This document shows positions 29,125 through 38,640 of a stretch of 64,000 bases of DNA, piece after piece; within the stretch, counting starts at the first letter, position 1, and each line of letters starts with the position of its first letter. The stretch is from positions 15,134-79,133 of the forward strand of contig PUJZ01000027.1 in the NCBI GenBank assembly GCA_003550345.1. The letters run 5' to 3'. Source of the stretch: Methanomassiliicoccaceae archaeon. Its GTDB lineage: Archaea; Thermoplasmatota; Thermoplasmata; Methanomassiliicoccales; Methanomethylophilaceae. Under the pieces are notes generated by a model. The model was given only the letters and a program-made list of their open reading frames with translations. It had not been told where the DNA came from and searched no databases. A program made the translations under genes and the position numbers.

Positions 29125-30210
29125 TCACCTGTCCGTCTCCCCTAGACACATGTCTATGGTGCCCATCACCGCGGGCACATCGGCCATCCTCGCTCCCAGC
29201 ACCAGCCTCTTGGAGGCGGACACGTTGACGAATATCGGGCTCCTCACCTTGAGGCGGTAGGGGCGGTCGGTGCCGTCCGATATCAGGTACATCAGCCCTT
29301 CGCCGCGGGGGTCCTCGAGGCGGGCGAAATGCTTGCCCGCGGGGACGTTGCGCGGCGCCTTGACCCTGACCGGCCCGTCGGGCATCCCCGCCATGGCCTG
29401 CCTGATTATCTCGCAGCTCTGGAACATCTCCTCGATGCGGACCGCGTAGCGCCCGTAGGCGTCCCCGTCCTGGGAGACCGGCACCTCGAAGTCGAACAGG
29501 TCGTAGACCTCGTAGGGGTCGTCGCGGCGGACGTCGAAGTCCACGCCGCAGCCCCTCATGGTCGGCCCGGTGAGGCCGAGGTTGGCCGCCTCCTTGCGGG
29601 TGACATGGCCGACGCCCTGCATCCTGGAGAGGAATATGGCGGAGTCGTCCATGAGCGCGATGATGTCCCACAGCTTCTTCTCGAAGCGCTCGACGGCGCG
29701 CATGCAGTCCCTCTCGAAGAGGTAGGGCATGTCGTTGCGCACGCCGCCGATGCGGGGGTAGTTGGTGGTGAGCCTCTGTCCGCAGAGCTTGACGAAGAGG
29801 TCGAGGAATATCTCCCTCTCACGGAGGGACCAGAGGAACACCGTCAGGTTGCCCAGGTCGGTGCCCATGGCCGCCAGCCACATCAGGTGGGACTGTATGC
29901 GGCATATCTCATCGGCGACGACCCTCAGGTACTGGGCCCTCTCGGGGACCTCCAGGTCCAGGCCCTCCTCGACCGCCATCACGTATAGATGGGACCAGGT
30001 CATGGACGCGGAGTAGCACAGGCGGTCCGCCATCGGAATGATCTGCGGATAGGTGCGGTGCTCGCACTCCTTCTCCCAGCCCCGGTGGAGGTAGCCTATT
30101 ATCGGCGTTGCGTCGGTTATGACCTCCCCGTCCACTCTGACCTTCAGGGTCCACAGCCCGTGCGAGAACGGGTGCTGCGGGCCCATGGTAACCCACATTT
30201 TCGAGGTCAT
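29125..30210 (-). CDS. fpoD: Fpo-like complex subunit D
   Basis: GPQHP, GYLHRGWEK, DRLCY, E.PRGE, DMCLGETDR; no complete CxxC Ni-binding pairs. Confidence 0.93.
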   Translation of the reverse strand: MTSKMWVTMGPQHPFSHGLWTLKVRVDGEVITDATPIIGYLHRGWEKECEHRTYPQIIPMADRLCYSASMTWSHLYVMAVEEGLDLEVPERAQYLRVVADEICRIQSHLMWLAAMGTDLGNLTVFLWSLREREIFLDLFVKLCGQRLTTNYPRIGGVRNDMPYLFERDCMRAVERFEKKLWDIIALMDDSAIFLSRMQGVGHVTRKEAANLGLTGPTMRGCGVDFDVRRDDPYEVYDLFDFEVPVSQDGDAYGRYAVRIEEMFQSCEIIRQAMAGMPDGPVRVKAPRNVPAGKHFARLEDPRGEGLMYLISDGTDRPYRLKVRSPIFVNVSASKRLVLGARMADVPAVMGTIDMCLGETDR

Positions 30211-30686
30211 CAATCAGCCCTCCTTAGCTTGTACGATTTGCGGAAGGGGAAGAACTGGTAGTCGCAGGGCGTGAGCAGCCTCTCCAGATGGGGATGGTTG
30301 TTGAACACTATCCCGAAGAGCTCGTAGGTCTCCCTCTCATGCCAGTTGGCGCCCTCCCATATGGGCGTCACCGAGTCGACGCGGAGGTCATCCAGGGGGA
30401 TGTCCGTCTCGATCTCGATCATCACGCCGTTGAAGTAGTTGGAGAGGTGGTAGACCACCTGCATGTGCGTCTCCCAGTCCACCCCGCCCACCGAGGAGGC
30501 CTGCTCGAAGTTCAACACGTCGTGGATGTACTCGCACAGCTCGTAGATCCTCTCCCTCTTGGCGCTGAGGTAGACGCGGCGGGCCTTGCTGCCGCGCAAT
30601 TTCACGTCGTCGCCGAACTTGGCGCTCAGCAGCTCTATGACCTGCTCCACCGTGGGAGCCTCGTAAAAATCATCGTTGCCGGCCAT
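30210..30686 (-). CDS. fpoC: Fpo-like complex subunit C
   Basis: SVTPIW.GANWHERETYELFGI.F..HP.L.R..FPFRK. Confidence 0.92.
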   Translation of the reverse strand: MAGNDDFYEAPTVEQVIELLSAKFGDDVKLRGSKARRVYLSAKRERIYELCEYIHDVLNFEQASSVGGVDWETHMQVVYHLSNYFNGVMIEIETDIPLDDLRVDSVTPIWEGANWHERETYELFGIVFNNHPHLERLLTPCDYQFFPFRKSYKLRRAD

Positions 30687-30690
30687 GCTA

Positions 30691-31254
30691 TCATCCCTCC
30701 AGGAACACGCCCCGCGCGAAGTACTTCTCTATCTTCTTCTGCAGGAGAAGGAAACCGTCTATCATCGCGTCAGGCTTGACCGGGCACCCCGGTATGTAGA
30801 TGTCCACTGGAACAATCTGGTCGGTGCCCTGGATCACGTTGTATGAATCGTACCAGGGACCGCCGGAGATGGCGCACTCCCCCATGGCCACCACCCACTT
30901 GGGCGAGGGCATCTGCTCGTAGAGGCGCCTGATGTCCGGGCGGACCTTCTTGGATATCCAGCCGTTTATTATCAGCACATCGGTCTGACGGGGCGAGGAT
31001 CGGTAGATCATGCCCAGCCTCTCCGCGTCGTACTTGGTGTTGGACGCGGCCGCCATCTCCAGGGCGCAGCATGCGAGCCCGAAGTGCAGGGGGTGGATGG
31101 AGTTCTTCATCGCCCATGCCCATATCGGGCCTGTCAGCCTGTCCACCTGCCTCTTCATGCCGCTGCTCAGCAGCCCGTCGATCATGGCCGTCGACCAGGA
31201 CATGTATTCAGAGGCGCTCATAGCGATCGCGTGCGGGTACAGGCTCATATCCAT
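30691..31254 (-). CDS. fpoB: Fpo-like complex subunit B
   Basis: GLACCALEM, SPRQTD, MGECAISGG, PVDIYIPGCP. Confidence 0.94.
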   Translation of the reverse strand: MDMSLYPHAIAMSASEYMSWSTAMIDGLLSSGMKRQVDRLTGPIWAWAMKNSIHPLHFGLACCALEMAAASNTKYDAERLGMIYRSSPRQTDVLIINGWISKKVRPDIRRLYEQMPSPKWVVAMGECAISGGPWYDSYNVIQGTDQIVPVDIYIPGCPVKPDAMIDGFLLLQKKIEKYFARGVFLEG

Positions 31255-31607
31255 ACTGACTCCTCCTTCTTCAAAGCGTAAGTCACTCCCAAAAGAAGAA
31301 TTCCGAGGAAGGCCACCGCCCAGATCTTACCCATGGCGGTGAGGTCGGCGAAGGCAACGGCCCAAAGCATCAAAAAGACGATAACAAGGTCGAAGACCAC
31401 GAAGATAATGCCGAACATATAGTACTGGAATTTGAACTGGACCTGCGCCTCGCCGATTGGCACCGAGCCGCACTCATAGGTCGTGTTCCTCCACTCAGAA
31501 GGCTTCTCGGGACGGAAGAACCTGGAGGCCCACCAGGCCAAGGGGGCGAACCCCAGGGCCAATACAGCGAACAACGCTACTGGTAAGTATTCCTCCACGA
31601 GCATCAT
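31245..31607 (-). CDS. fpoA: Fpo-like complex subunit A
   Basis: TYECG, QYYMFGIIFVVFD; three TM helices; start trimmed to ATG 31607. Confidence 0.92.
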   Translation of the reverse strand: MMLVEEYLPVALFAVLALGFAPLAWWASRFFRPEKPSEWRNTTYECGSVPIGEAQVQFKFQYYMFGIIFVVFDLVIVFLMLWAVAFADLTAMGKIWAVAFLGILLLGVTYALKKEESVWI

Positions 31608-31744
31608 TGCGACACGGTAAAGAATATAATTATTTAAAGATTCTAGGGATTTTAATTTTATCTGACTGGCATATAGAAACCCCGCTGCAGGGCCTCCCGC
31701 AGTCATTAATAAGCAGCTCTCAGATACGCTGATAGGGATCGCGA

Positions 31745-32554
31745 ATGCAAGGCAAGATCGGATTCATAGGCGCCGGCAACATGGCCGAGGCCCTCATGAG
31801 GGGCCTCTTGGACCAGGAGGTGTGCTGCAAGGAGGACGTCATCGCCGGCGAGGTCTTCGAGCCCCGCCGCGAGTACATCGCCAAGACCCTGGGCGTGTCC
31901 ACGACCGCCAGCAACCAAGAGGTGGTGAGCTCCGCCCAGGTGGTCTTCCTGGCGGTCAAGCCGCAGCACCTGCGCCAGGTGCTGGGCGAGCTGGAGGGGT
32001 CCTTCAGCGAGGACCATCTGGTGGTGTCCATCGTCGCAGGCGTGACCCTCGCTTCGCTGGAGGGCATGGTCCCCGAGGCCCGGGTGGTGAGGGTCATGCC
32101 CAACCAGCCCTGCATGGTGATGGCCAGCGCCTCCGCGTATTCGCTGGGCAGCAAGGCCACATCTGAGGACGGCGAGACGGTCAGGTCCTTCCTCGAATCG
32201 GTGGGCGTCGCCTACCAGGTGGAGGAGCGCCTCATGGACGCGGTCACCGGCCTCAGCGGCAGCGGCCCCGCCTACGCTTACCTTATGATGGAGGCCCTCT
32301 CCGACGGAGGGGTGCTCATGGGCCTGCCGCGGGACGTGTCCACCATGCTGGCGGCGCAGACCCTGCTGGGGGCGGCCAAGACCGTCCTGGAGACGGGGGT
32401 GCACCCCGGCCAGATGAAGGACGTGGTGAGCTCCCCCGGGGGCACCACCATCGCCGCCCTGCAGGTCCTGGAGGATGCGGGCGTCAGGGGCGCCCTCATG
32501 GGCGCGGTGCAGGCCTCGGCGGAGAGGTCCAAGGAGCTGGGGCGGGACCCCTAG
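31745..32554 (+). CDS. proC: Pyrroline-5-carboxylate reductase
   Basis: [31 protein letters not shown]. Confidence 0.96.
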   Translation: MQGKIGFIGAGNMAEALMRGLLDQEVCCKEDVIAGEVFEPRREYIAKTLGVSTTASNQEVVSSAQVVFLAVKPQHLRQVLGELEGSFSEDHLVVSIVAGVTLASLEGMVPEARVVRVMPNQPCMVMASASAYSLGSKATSEDGETVRSFLESVGVAYQVEERLMDAVTGLSGSGPAYAYLMMEALSDGGVLMGLPRDVSTMLAAQTLLGAAKTVLETGVHPGQMKDVVSSPGGTTIAALQVLEDAGVRGALMGAVQASAERSKELGRDP

Positions 32555-34299
32555 GCCCGACGGGCGAGCGCCGAGCGCAATGACGACTTGACCAGGCCGG
32601 AGGCCACGCGGGGGGCGTTGCGCCATATCGACCCGCTGTCCCAGTCCAGGTCCCTCTTGTCGCATATGGTGGAGGCCATTATGCGCTGGCCCTCGTCCTT
32701 GACCTCCCAGAGCAGGGACTCCCTCCGCTCGGGGTCGGGGATGGCCATGATCTCATCGATGCGGTGCATGAGGCCGCGGGCGGTCTCGGTGCGCAGGTCG
32801 CGGGACTCCTTCTCCTCCGCCGTTATCTGCCCGCAGTCGAGCATCGCCCGGTTCAGGCCGAGGGCCACATCGTACGATGTGTCGGCGATCTCGTCCCGGC
32901 TCATCCATTCCGTCTCGTAGGAGAGCACGTACTTCCACGAGGGGCTGTCCAGGAGCCGGCGGTGCTCCTCCAGGGTGCGGGCGAAGAACCGGTAGCCATG
33001 CTTCTCCGGCTCCTCGAAGCCCTTGCTGCCAGGGTCCACGAACGGCGCGAACGGCGCCGAGTAGACGAAGAGGCGCCGGTCGTTGTCGAGACGGGTCCAC
33101 AGGCTGCGCGAGTAGTCGGCGGTGGCGAGGGCGGACTCGCGGGTCTGCTCCGGCAGGCCCACCATGAAGAAGAGGTCGAAGCGCTGGCATCCGTTCTCCA
33201 GCGCCTTCCTGATGGTGCCCTCCATCACCGAGTCGTCGAAATCCCCCAGAGGGCTGAGCTTGCTGCGCACCGACTGGTCGTGGGACTCGGGGGAGAACTC
33301 CAGGGTGTACTCGCCCAGGGCCGAGGCCGCCATGCGGTAGAACTCGCGGTCGGCGGGGCGGAACATCTCCATGGCGATGTGGTTGTCCACGCCGCGCTCC
33401 TTGATGCCGTTGAAGAGCCTCTCCGCGTAGTCCTTCCCCCCCTGCCGGACGTCCCCGATGATGAAGACCGGCGAGTCCAGGTAGTCCCCGATGCGCTCTA
33501 TGTCCTCGGCCAGCCTCTCCGGGCTGCGGAAGGCGGGGCGGCGGCGGCAGAGGAAGCCCCTGCCGGCGTAGGCGGAGCCGCCGCACTCGGTGCAGCTGTG
33601 GCAGCAGCCGCGCACGGTGAAGACCGAGGTGAGCGGGAGCTTGTCCCAGCCCAGCCAAGGGAGCGCCCCCTTGATGTCGCGGTGCCTCATGGTGTTCTTG
33701 ATCATGGTGCCGTAGTCGAACTCCACATAGTCCAATGACTCGGGCACGAAGCTCAGCGGGTTGACCCTCACCTTGCCGTCGGAGTCCTTCCAGCACAGGT
33801 TCTGCACCTTGGAGAAGTCCCCGTCCCCGGTGACGGCGTCCATGAACTCCACCTGCGGCAGCTCGGTGGAGTCCCCCCGCATGACGAAGTCCACCTCGTC
33901 CCGCTGCATCAGCTCCTGATGGTAGTAGGTGGCGGAGAAGCCCCCCAGCTGCACCTTGGCGTGGGGATGTATCGACTTCACCAGCTTGGCCACCTCCAGG
34001 GCGCCGTGGGCGTGCGGCAGCCAATGGAGGTCGATGGCGAAGACGTCCGCGTCAAGGGAGCGGATCCTCCGCTCCACGTCGAAGCGCTCGTCGGCGAGCA
34101 TCTGCACCGCCAGGTTGACGATGCGGGTGCGGTAGCCGGCCTTCTCCAGATGGCTGGAGATGGTCATGAAGCCGATGGGGTACATCTCGAAGACCGGCGA
34201 CGACGGCACAACGTCGCTCACCGGGCCGTAGAATATCGGCTTCTTGCGGAAGTCGTAAACGCTCGGTGCGTGCAGGAATACAATATCAGACCTGGGCAC
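32551..34299 (-). CDS. B12-binding domain radical SAM protein (resembles the Ta0216/TIGR04190 family)
   Basis: [41 protein letters not shown] (CxxxCxxC), SPESHD, FFMVGLP. Confidence 0.85.
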   Translation of the reverse strand: MPRSDIVFLHAPSVYDFRKKPIFYGPVSDVVPSSPVFEMYPIGFMTISSHLEKAGYRTRIVNLAVQMLADERFDVERRIRSLDADVFAIDLHWLPHAHGALEVAKLVKSIHPHAKVQLGGFSATYYHQELMQRDEVDFVMRGDSTELPQVEFMDAVTGDGDFSKVQNLCWKDSDGKVRVNPLSFVPESLDYVEFDYGTMIKNTMRHRDIKGALPWLGWDKLPLTSVFTVRGCCHSCTECGGSAYAGRGFLCRRRPAFRSPERLAEDIERIGDYLDSPVFIIGDVRQGGKDYAERLFNGIKERGVDNHIAMEMFRPADREFYRMAASALGEYTLEFSPESHDQSVRSKLSPLGDFDDSVMEGTIRKALENGCQRFDLFFMVGLPEQTRESALATADYSRSLWTRLDNDRRLFVYSAPFAPFVDPGSKGFEEPEKHGYRFFARTLEEHRRLLDSPSWKYVLSYETEWMSRDEIADTSYDVALGLNRAMLDCGQITAEEKESRDLRTETARGLMHRIDEIMAIPDPERRESLLWEVKDEGQRIMASTICDKRDLDWDSGSIWRNAPRVASGLVKSSLRSALARRA

Positions 34300-34351
34300 T
34301 GGGGTTCCCTCGCGCCGCTCTAAGCCGAGAGGGTACTTAAAGGTTCTTCGC

Positions 34352-35140
34352 TCACTTCCCGTAGCGCCTCTTGCGCTGCTGGTAGGCGCGCACGGCGCGC
34401 ATGAAATCGATGCGCCTGAAACCCGGCCAGTACACGTCGGTGAAATAGAGCTCGGAGTACGCCATCTGCCAGAGCAGGAAGTTGGAGATCCTCACCTCGC
34501 CGCTGGTGCGGAGCACCAGGTCGGGGTCGGGCACGTGGGCGGTGTACATGTGCTGGGAGATCATGTCCTCGTCGATCTCCTCCGCCTTTATGCATCCCTC
34601 CTCCACCTTGGCGGCGATGCGGCGGAAGGCGTGCACCAGCTCCTCCCTGCCCCCGTAGGCGATGGCCACGTTGTAGAAGTAAGCGTCGTAGTCGGCGGTG
34701 GCCGCCTCCAGCTCCTCGATGGCGTCCTGGATGTTCTGGGGCAGCAGCTCGCGGTTGCCGAGGATCTTGATCCTTATGCGGTTCTGATGGATCCGCTCCT
34801 CCTCCATCAGGGAGCGGAGGCTCTCCTCGAAGAGCTCCATCAGCAGCTCCACCTCCTCGCTGTTGCGGTTGAAGTTCTCGGTCGAGAACGCGTACACGGT
34901 CAGAATCCTGATGCCCAGCTCATGGCACCATTCCATGACCTCCTCCAGCTTCTCCCTGCCGCGGAGGTGGCCGTCGCCGCCGCCCATCCCCATCTCCTTG
35001 GCGAAGCGGCGGTTGCCGTCCATTATTATCGCCACATGCTCCGGGGGCGGATGGCTGAGGACCTCCTTCTCCAGCTTGGCCTCGTAGGTGCTGTAGGCGG
35101 TGTTCGAGATTATCTTGGATATGCCTTTCTGCACTGTCAT
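34352..35140 (-). CDS. uppS: cis-Prenyltransferase (UppS family)
   Basis: HVAIIMDGNRR, YAFSTENFNR, YGGREE, RTSGEVRISNFLLWQ, RRYG. Confidence 0.96.
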   Translation of the reverse strand: MTVQKGISKIISNTAYSTYEAKLEKEVLSHPPPEHVAIIMDGNRRFAKEMGMGGGDGHLRGREKLEEVMEWCHELGIRILTVYAFSTENFNRNSEEVELLMELFEESLRSLMEEERIHQNRIRIKILGNRELLPQNIQDAIEELEAATADYDAYFYNVAIAYGGREELVHAFRRIAAKVEEGCIKAEEIDEDMISQHMYTAHVPDPDLVLRTSGEVRISNFLLWQMAYSELYFTDVYWPGFRRIDFMRAVRAYQQRKRRYGK

Positions 35141-35147
35141 GTCCGCA

Positions 35148-36098
35148 TCACTTGAAGTCCTGGGGCAGGCCGGCGGAGCGCAGGCCCATGTCGAAGCAGC
35201 CGATGGCGGCCACGGCGCCGATGGTCCCCTTGGGGCCGGTCACCTCGCGCACCTCCACCGAGTTGGCGGCAGCGGCGGCGAGGGCGTCATCGATGGTGAA
35301 TATCTCGCTCTTGCAGCGCCAGCCGAAATCGGCCAGCGCCGGGGGCACCTTCAGCCCCGTGAATGATGTCATCACGGTGTCCTCGGAGTAGGTGTTCTCC
35401 TGCAGGTAGTCCTGGGCGAAGCGCAGCAGCTCCTCCAACTTCCTCTCCTCCACCGCGAAGGAGACCGCGGTGGAGCAGCAGTTGGTGGTCTTGTTCGGCA
35501 CCAGCGGGTTCAATTGGATTATCTTGTGCTCCAGGAAGCGTCCCACCGGGCATTCCTGGGCGAGGTTCATCATCAGCGCCCATGAGGCGCCCTTGTCCTT
35601 GGTGTCGGTGTCATCGGCGCCGATGATCGCCCTCAGCATCTTGGGGCTGCGCACCTGGAGCTCGGCGCGGTGGGCCCCGCCGATGCGGAATCCCTCCGGA
35701 TAGATGGCCTCGATGACCTCCGGGGCCTGCGGGATGCAGGCCCCCACGCCCACCGAGGCGCCGGCCAGGCCCACCCAGGTGGTGAGCACGGTGTCGCCGT
35801 CCAGCACCAGGGACTTGAGCCCCTGGCCTCCCAGATCCTCGCTGACGGGGCCGAAGGAGAGCTCCCCCTCGCCGATGAGGGTGTCCATGACCAGGCTGTG
35901 GCCGTCGACGCGGACGTCCTTGACCACCCCGCCGGCCCGTTTGCGGTTGACCGCGTCCCATTCCGGGGGCCCGCGGGCTATGCATTGCTCGATGACCTGG
36001 GCGATGCCGTTGCTCTCGTCCACGATGGTGAAGAATCCCTTGCAGAACAGCTTGCCGTATCTGTCCCGGACCTGGTCTGGCCTGAGTATCTCTGTCAT
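35148..36098 (-). CDS. Methanogenesis marker protein 11 (DUF1743-like)
   Basis: W.GLAGASVG, G.DDTDT..GASW, IQLNP.VP.KTTNCCST, GAVAAIG. Confidence 0.75.
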   Translation of the reverse strand: MTEILRPDQVRDRYGKLFCKGFFTIVDESNGIAQVIEQCIARGPPEWDAVNRKRAGGVVKDVRVDGHSLVMDTLIGEGELSFGPVSEDLGGQGLKSLVLDGDTVLTTWVGLAGASVGVGACIPQAPEVIEAIYPEGFRIGGAHRAELQVRSPKMLRAIIGADDTDTKDKGASWALMMNLAQECPVGRFLEHKIIQLNPLVPNKTTNCCSTAVSFAVEERKLEELLRFAQDYLQENTYSEDTVMTSFTGLKVPPALADFGWRCKSEIFTIDDALAAAAANSVEVREVTGPKGTIGAVAAIGCFDMGLRSAGLPQDFK

Positions 36099-36159
36099 TG
36101 GAGCACACCGGTTCCGTCCCTGGTTAATGCCCTCAACGTTTTTAATCCTTTTAGGGGAC

Positions 36160-36999
36160 TCAGAACAGCGTGGACTGGGCGCAGGCCGACGGGGAGGTGC
36201 CGACGAAGCGCGCGACCAGGTCCTTCAGGTCTAGCGCCTTGAGCATTCCCAGCTCGTCGCGGTAGACGGCGAGCCTGCCCTTGGCGCCCAGCAGCTCCCC
36301 GCGGTGCTTGCCGGCGGTGGGCATCACCCGCGGCGCCGTGGCCAGGCCGCGGAGGGGATAGCCGTCAAGAACCTGCGGCCGCCCCGCGGCCGGGAACGAG
36401 GGGGACATGCCTTCCCAGATGCGGACCGCCTCTTCCAAGGAGCCGTCGACCGCGCTCTCCGCCAGCGACTGCAGGGACGTGGCCTGCGGCAGGCCCCTCT
36501 CCCGGGAGATCCTCTGCTCGGCCTCCCGGGCCTCGTAGCGGCTGCGCTGCCTCTCCAGCTCCACGATCAGGTCGGCGCCCTGTTCGATGCCCCTCTCCCG
36601 CAGCCGGGAGCTGCGGGTCATTCCCACCTTCGCCCGGGGGCCGAAGAGGGCCAGGTACACGGTGTGCTCCTCGCCGCAGACCGTGCCCTCGCAGAGCGTG
36701 CCGCGGCAGCGCGGCTGGAAGCGGCACTCCTGCACCGGGAAGCTGTCGCAGGCGCGGCATCGGCCCAGCCCGGGCGTCAACGTCTCCAGGCAGGGGGCGC
36801 CGTCCCGCTCTCCGGTGCAGAGGCGGGCCTCCGACACGAAGAGGTCCAACGGCTCGAGGGAGAGGGGGCGCAGCTCGCCGCTGTCGTTCATCCTCTCCCA
36901 GAGCTCGGGGGTGAAGCCCCTCCAGCGGAAGGCGACGACCTGGGAGCGGTGGCATCTCAGCGGGTCGGACCCCATGATCTCGGCGGCGTCGCGGAACAT
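36160..36999 (-). CDS. DUF2797 domain protein
   Basis: C..C..C pattern, HTVYLA..KVGMTR..R.IEQGA, G.LLGAKG. Confidence 0.75.
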   Translation of the reverse strand: MFRDAAEIMGSDPLRCHRSQVVAFRWRGFTPELWERMNDSGELRPLSLEPLDLFVSEARLCTGERDGAPCLETLTPGLGRCRACDSFPVQECRFQPRCRGTLCEGTVCGEEHTVYLALFGPRAKVGMTRSSRLRERGIEQGADLIVELERQRSRYEAREAEQRISRERGLPQATSLQSLAESAVDGSLEEAVRIWEGMSPSFPAAGRPQVLDGYPLRGLATAPRVMPTAGKHRGELLGAKGRLAVYRDELGMLKALDLKDLVARFVGTSPSACAQSTLF

Positions 37000-37000
37000 T

Positions 37001-37636
37001 TCAGCGCTGTCGGACGCTGAGGTACTGCGGCGGCACCTCTTTGCATAGGTAGACCGTGCGGGCGGCGCGGCCGATGGCCACGCCGTCGGCGGTGGCGGCG
37101 GCGGTGTCCACCGCCAGTATGACCGGCTCGTCCACCCTCACCGATCCGGCGGAGTGGGCGTCCTCATAGGTCTTGGACAGGTGCACCATGCGGCGGTCGG
37201 AGGGGATTATCCCCATCTCCAGGATTATCTCCGCCTCCTCGGGCGTGGCGGGGTAGAACAGCTCCGCGGGGATGTTGTCGCTGGGGTGCATTAGGTCGAG
37301 GTCCAAGGTGTGGCCGTAGGTCGCGCGCACCTTGTCGTTGCTCACCTGGTAGCGCCCCTTGGGGTCGCTCTCCACCAGGGCCACGATGTGGTGGCTTCGC
37401 AGCCAGTGCATGCGGCGGCTGCGGTCCCTCAGCGCGGATACCAGGTCGCGCAGGTCCACATAGCCCTGCTCGTCCATCTCCAGCTCGAAGCGCTCGGGGA
37501 AGGGGCGCAGCACGCCGGCCATGGTGCGGCCCACCTTGTCCATCTCCTCGGCGCTCATGAGGAACTTGCCCTCCTCTTCGCAGACTGGGCAGGTCTCGTC
37601 ACGGAAATACCCATGGTCCTCGCATTCCCTCAGCAT
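37001..37636 (-). CDS. kptA: RNA 2'-phosphotransferase (Tpt1/KptA) with N-terminal Zn ribbon
   Basis: C..HGYFR..CPVC, D.KGRY, RATYGHT, R..VHLS, G..R..PVIL; canonical LRH appears as LRP. Confidence 0.88.
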   Translation of the reverse strand: MLRECEDHGYFRDETCPVCEEEGKFLMSAEEMDKVGRTMAGVLRPFPERFELEMDEQGYVDLRDLVSALRDRSRRMHWLRSHHIVALVESDPKGRYQVSNDKVRATYGHTLDLDLMHPSDNIPAELFYPATPEEAEIILEMGIIPSDRRMVHLSKTYEDAHSAGSVRVDEPVILAVDTAAATADGVAIGRAARTVYLCKEVPPQYLSVRQR

Positions 37637-37659
37637 GTTCACCTCTGAAGGCTGTACAG

Positions 37660-38556
37660 TCAAGAAATACCTTTCGATGCGGCGGCGAGCTCGGCCGCCT
37701 TCACCGTGTTCTGCATCAGCATGGCGATGGTCATCGGGCCCACCCCCCCGGGCGAGGGCGATATCGCCGACGCCCTCTGCTTTACGTTCTCGAAGTCCAC
37801 ATCGCCCACCAGGCGGTAGCCCTTCTCGCTGCCGGGGTCCTCGACGCGGTTGGTGCCCACGTCCACCACCGCCGCCCCCTCCTTCACCATGTCGGCGGTC
37901 ACGAAGAGGGGCTGGCCGATGGCGGCGATGAGCACGTCGGCCCGCCTCGTCACCTGGGCCAGCGCCGGGGTGCGGGAATGGGCCACGGTGACGGTGGCGT
38001 CCGCGCCCGCGCCCTTCTGCATGAGCATGGCGGCGATGGGCTTGCCCACGATGTTGCTGCGGCCGAGCACCACCACCTCCTTGCCCTCGATGGCCACCCC
38101 GCTGCGCAGCAGGAGCTGCTGTATGCCCGCCGGGGTGGCCGGGAGGAAGAGGGGGTCGCCGATGAGCATGCGGCCGACGTTCAGCGGATGGAAGGCGTCG
38201 ACGTCCTTGAGCGGGTCTATGCGCTCGATGACCTTCCTCTCGTCCACATGCGGCGGAAGCGGCAGCTGGCAGAGCACCCCGTGCACGCCAGGGTCGCTGT
38301 TCAGGCCGTCGAGCACGGCCAGGAGCTCCTCCTCGGAGGCGTCGGCGGGCAGGGCGCGGGTCAAGGAGTCTATCCCCAGGCGCTCGCAGGCCTTGCCCTT
38401 CATGCGCACATAGACATGGGATGCGGGGTCGTCCCCCATGATGACCACCGCCAGGCAGGGGTTCGTACCCTTTCCGCGCAGCTCGGCGAGCCTCTGCTCC
38501 AGCCCCGCGGTGACCTGGGCGGCCACCTCCTTGCCGTTCATCAGACGGTAGCTCAT
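37660..38556 (-). CDS. folD: Methylene-THF dehydrogenase/cyclohydrolase
   Basis: DPASHVYV..K, QLPLP, KDVD, PATP, GRSNIVGKP, DVGTNR, PGGVGPMT. Confidence 0.96.
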   Translation of the reverse strand: MSYRLMNGKEVAAQVTAGLEQRLAELRGKGTNPCLAVVIMGDDPASHVYVRMKGKACERLGIDSLTRALPADASEEELLAVLDGLNSDPGVHGVLCQLPLPPHVDERKVIERIDPLKDVDAFHPLNVGRMLIGDPLFLPATPAGIQQLLLRSGVAIEGKEVVVLGRSNIVGKPIAAMLMQKGAGADATVTVAHSRTPALAQVTRRADVLIAAIGQPLFVTADMVKEGAAVVDVGTNRVEDPGSEKGYRLVGDVDFENVKQRASAISPSPGGVGPMTIAMLMQNTVKAAELAAASKGIS

Positions 38557-38640
38557 CTTACCCTGCTCGACTATGCTAGGTCGCTATTTATGCTTTTCAG
38601 CCGGAGAAATCTAATTTAAAGGTAAGGGAATCACCCCCCG

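Noticed and set aside
29125..31254. Group 4 [NiFe] hydrogenase interpretation of the D/B subunits
   Set aside because: The large subunit lacks both complete CxxC Ni-binding motifs, and the gene order is that of complex I/Fpo
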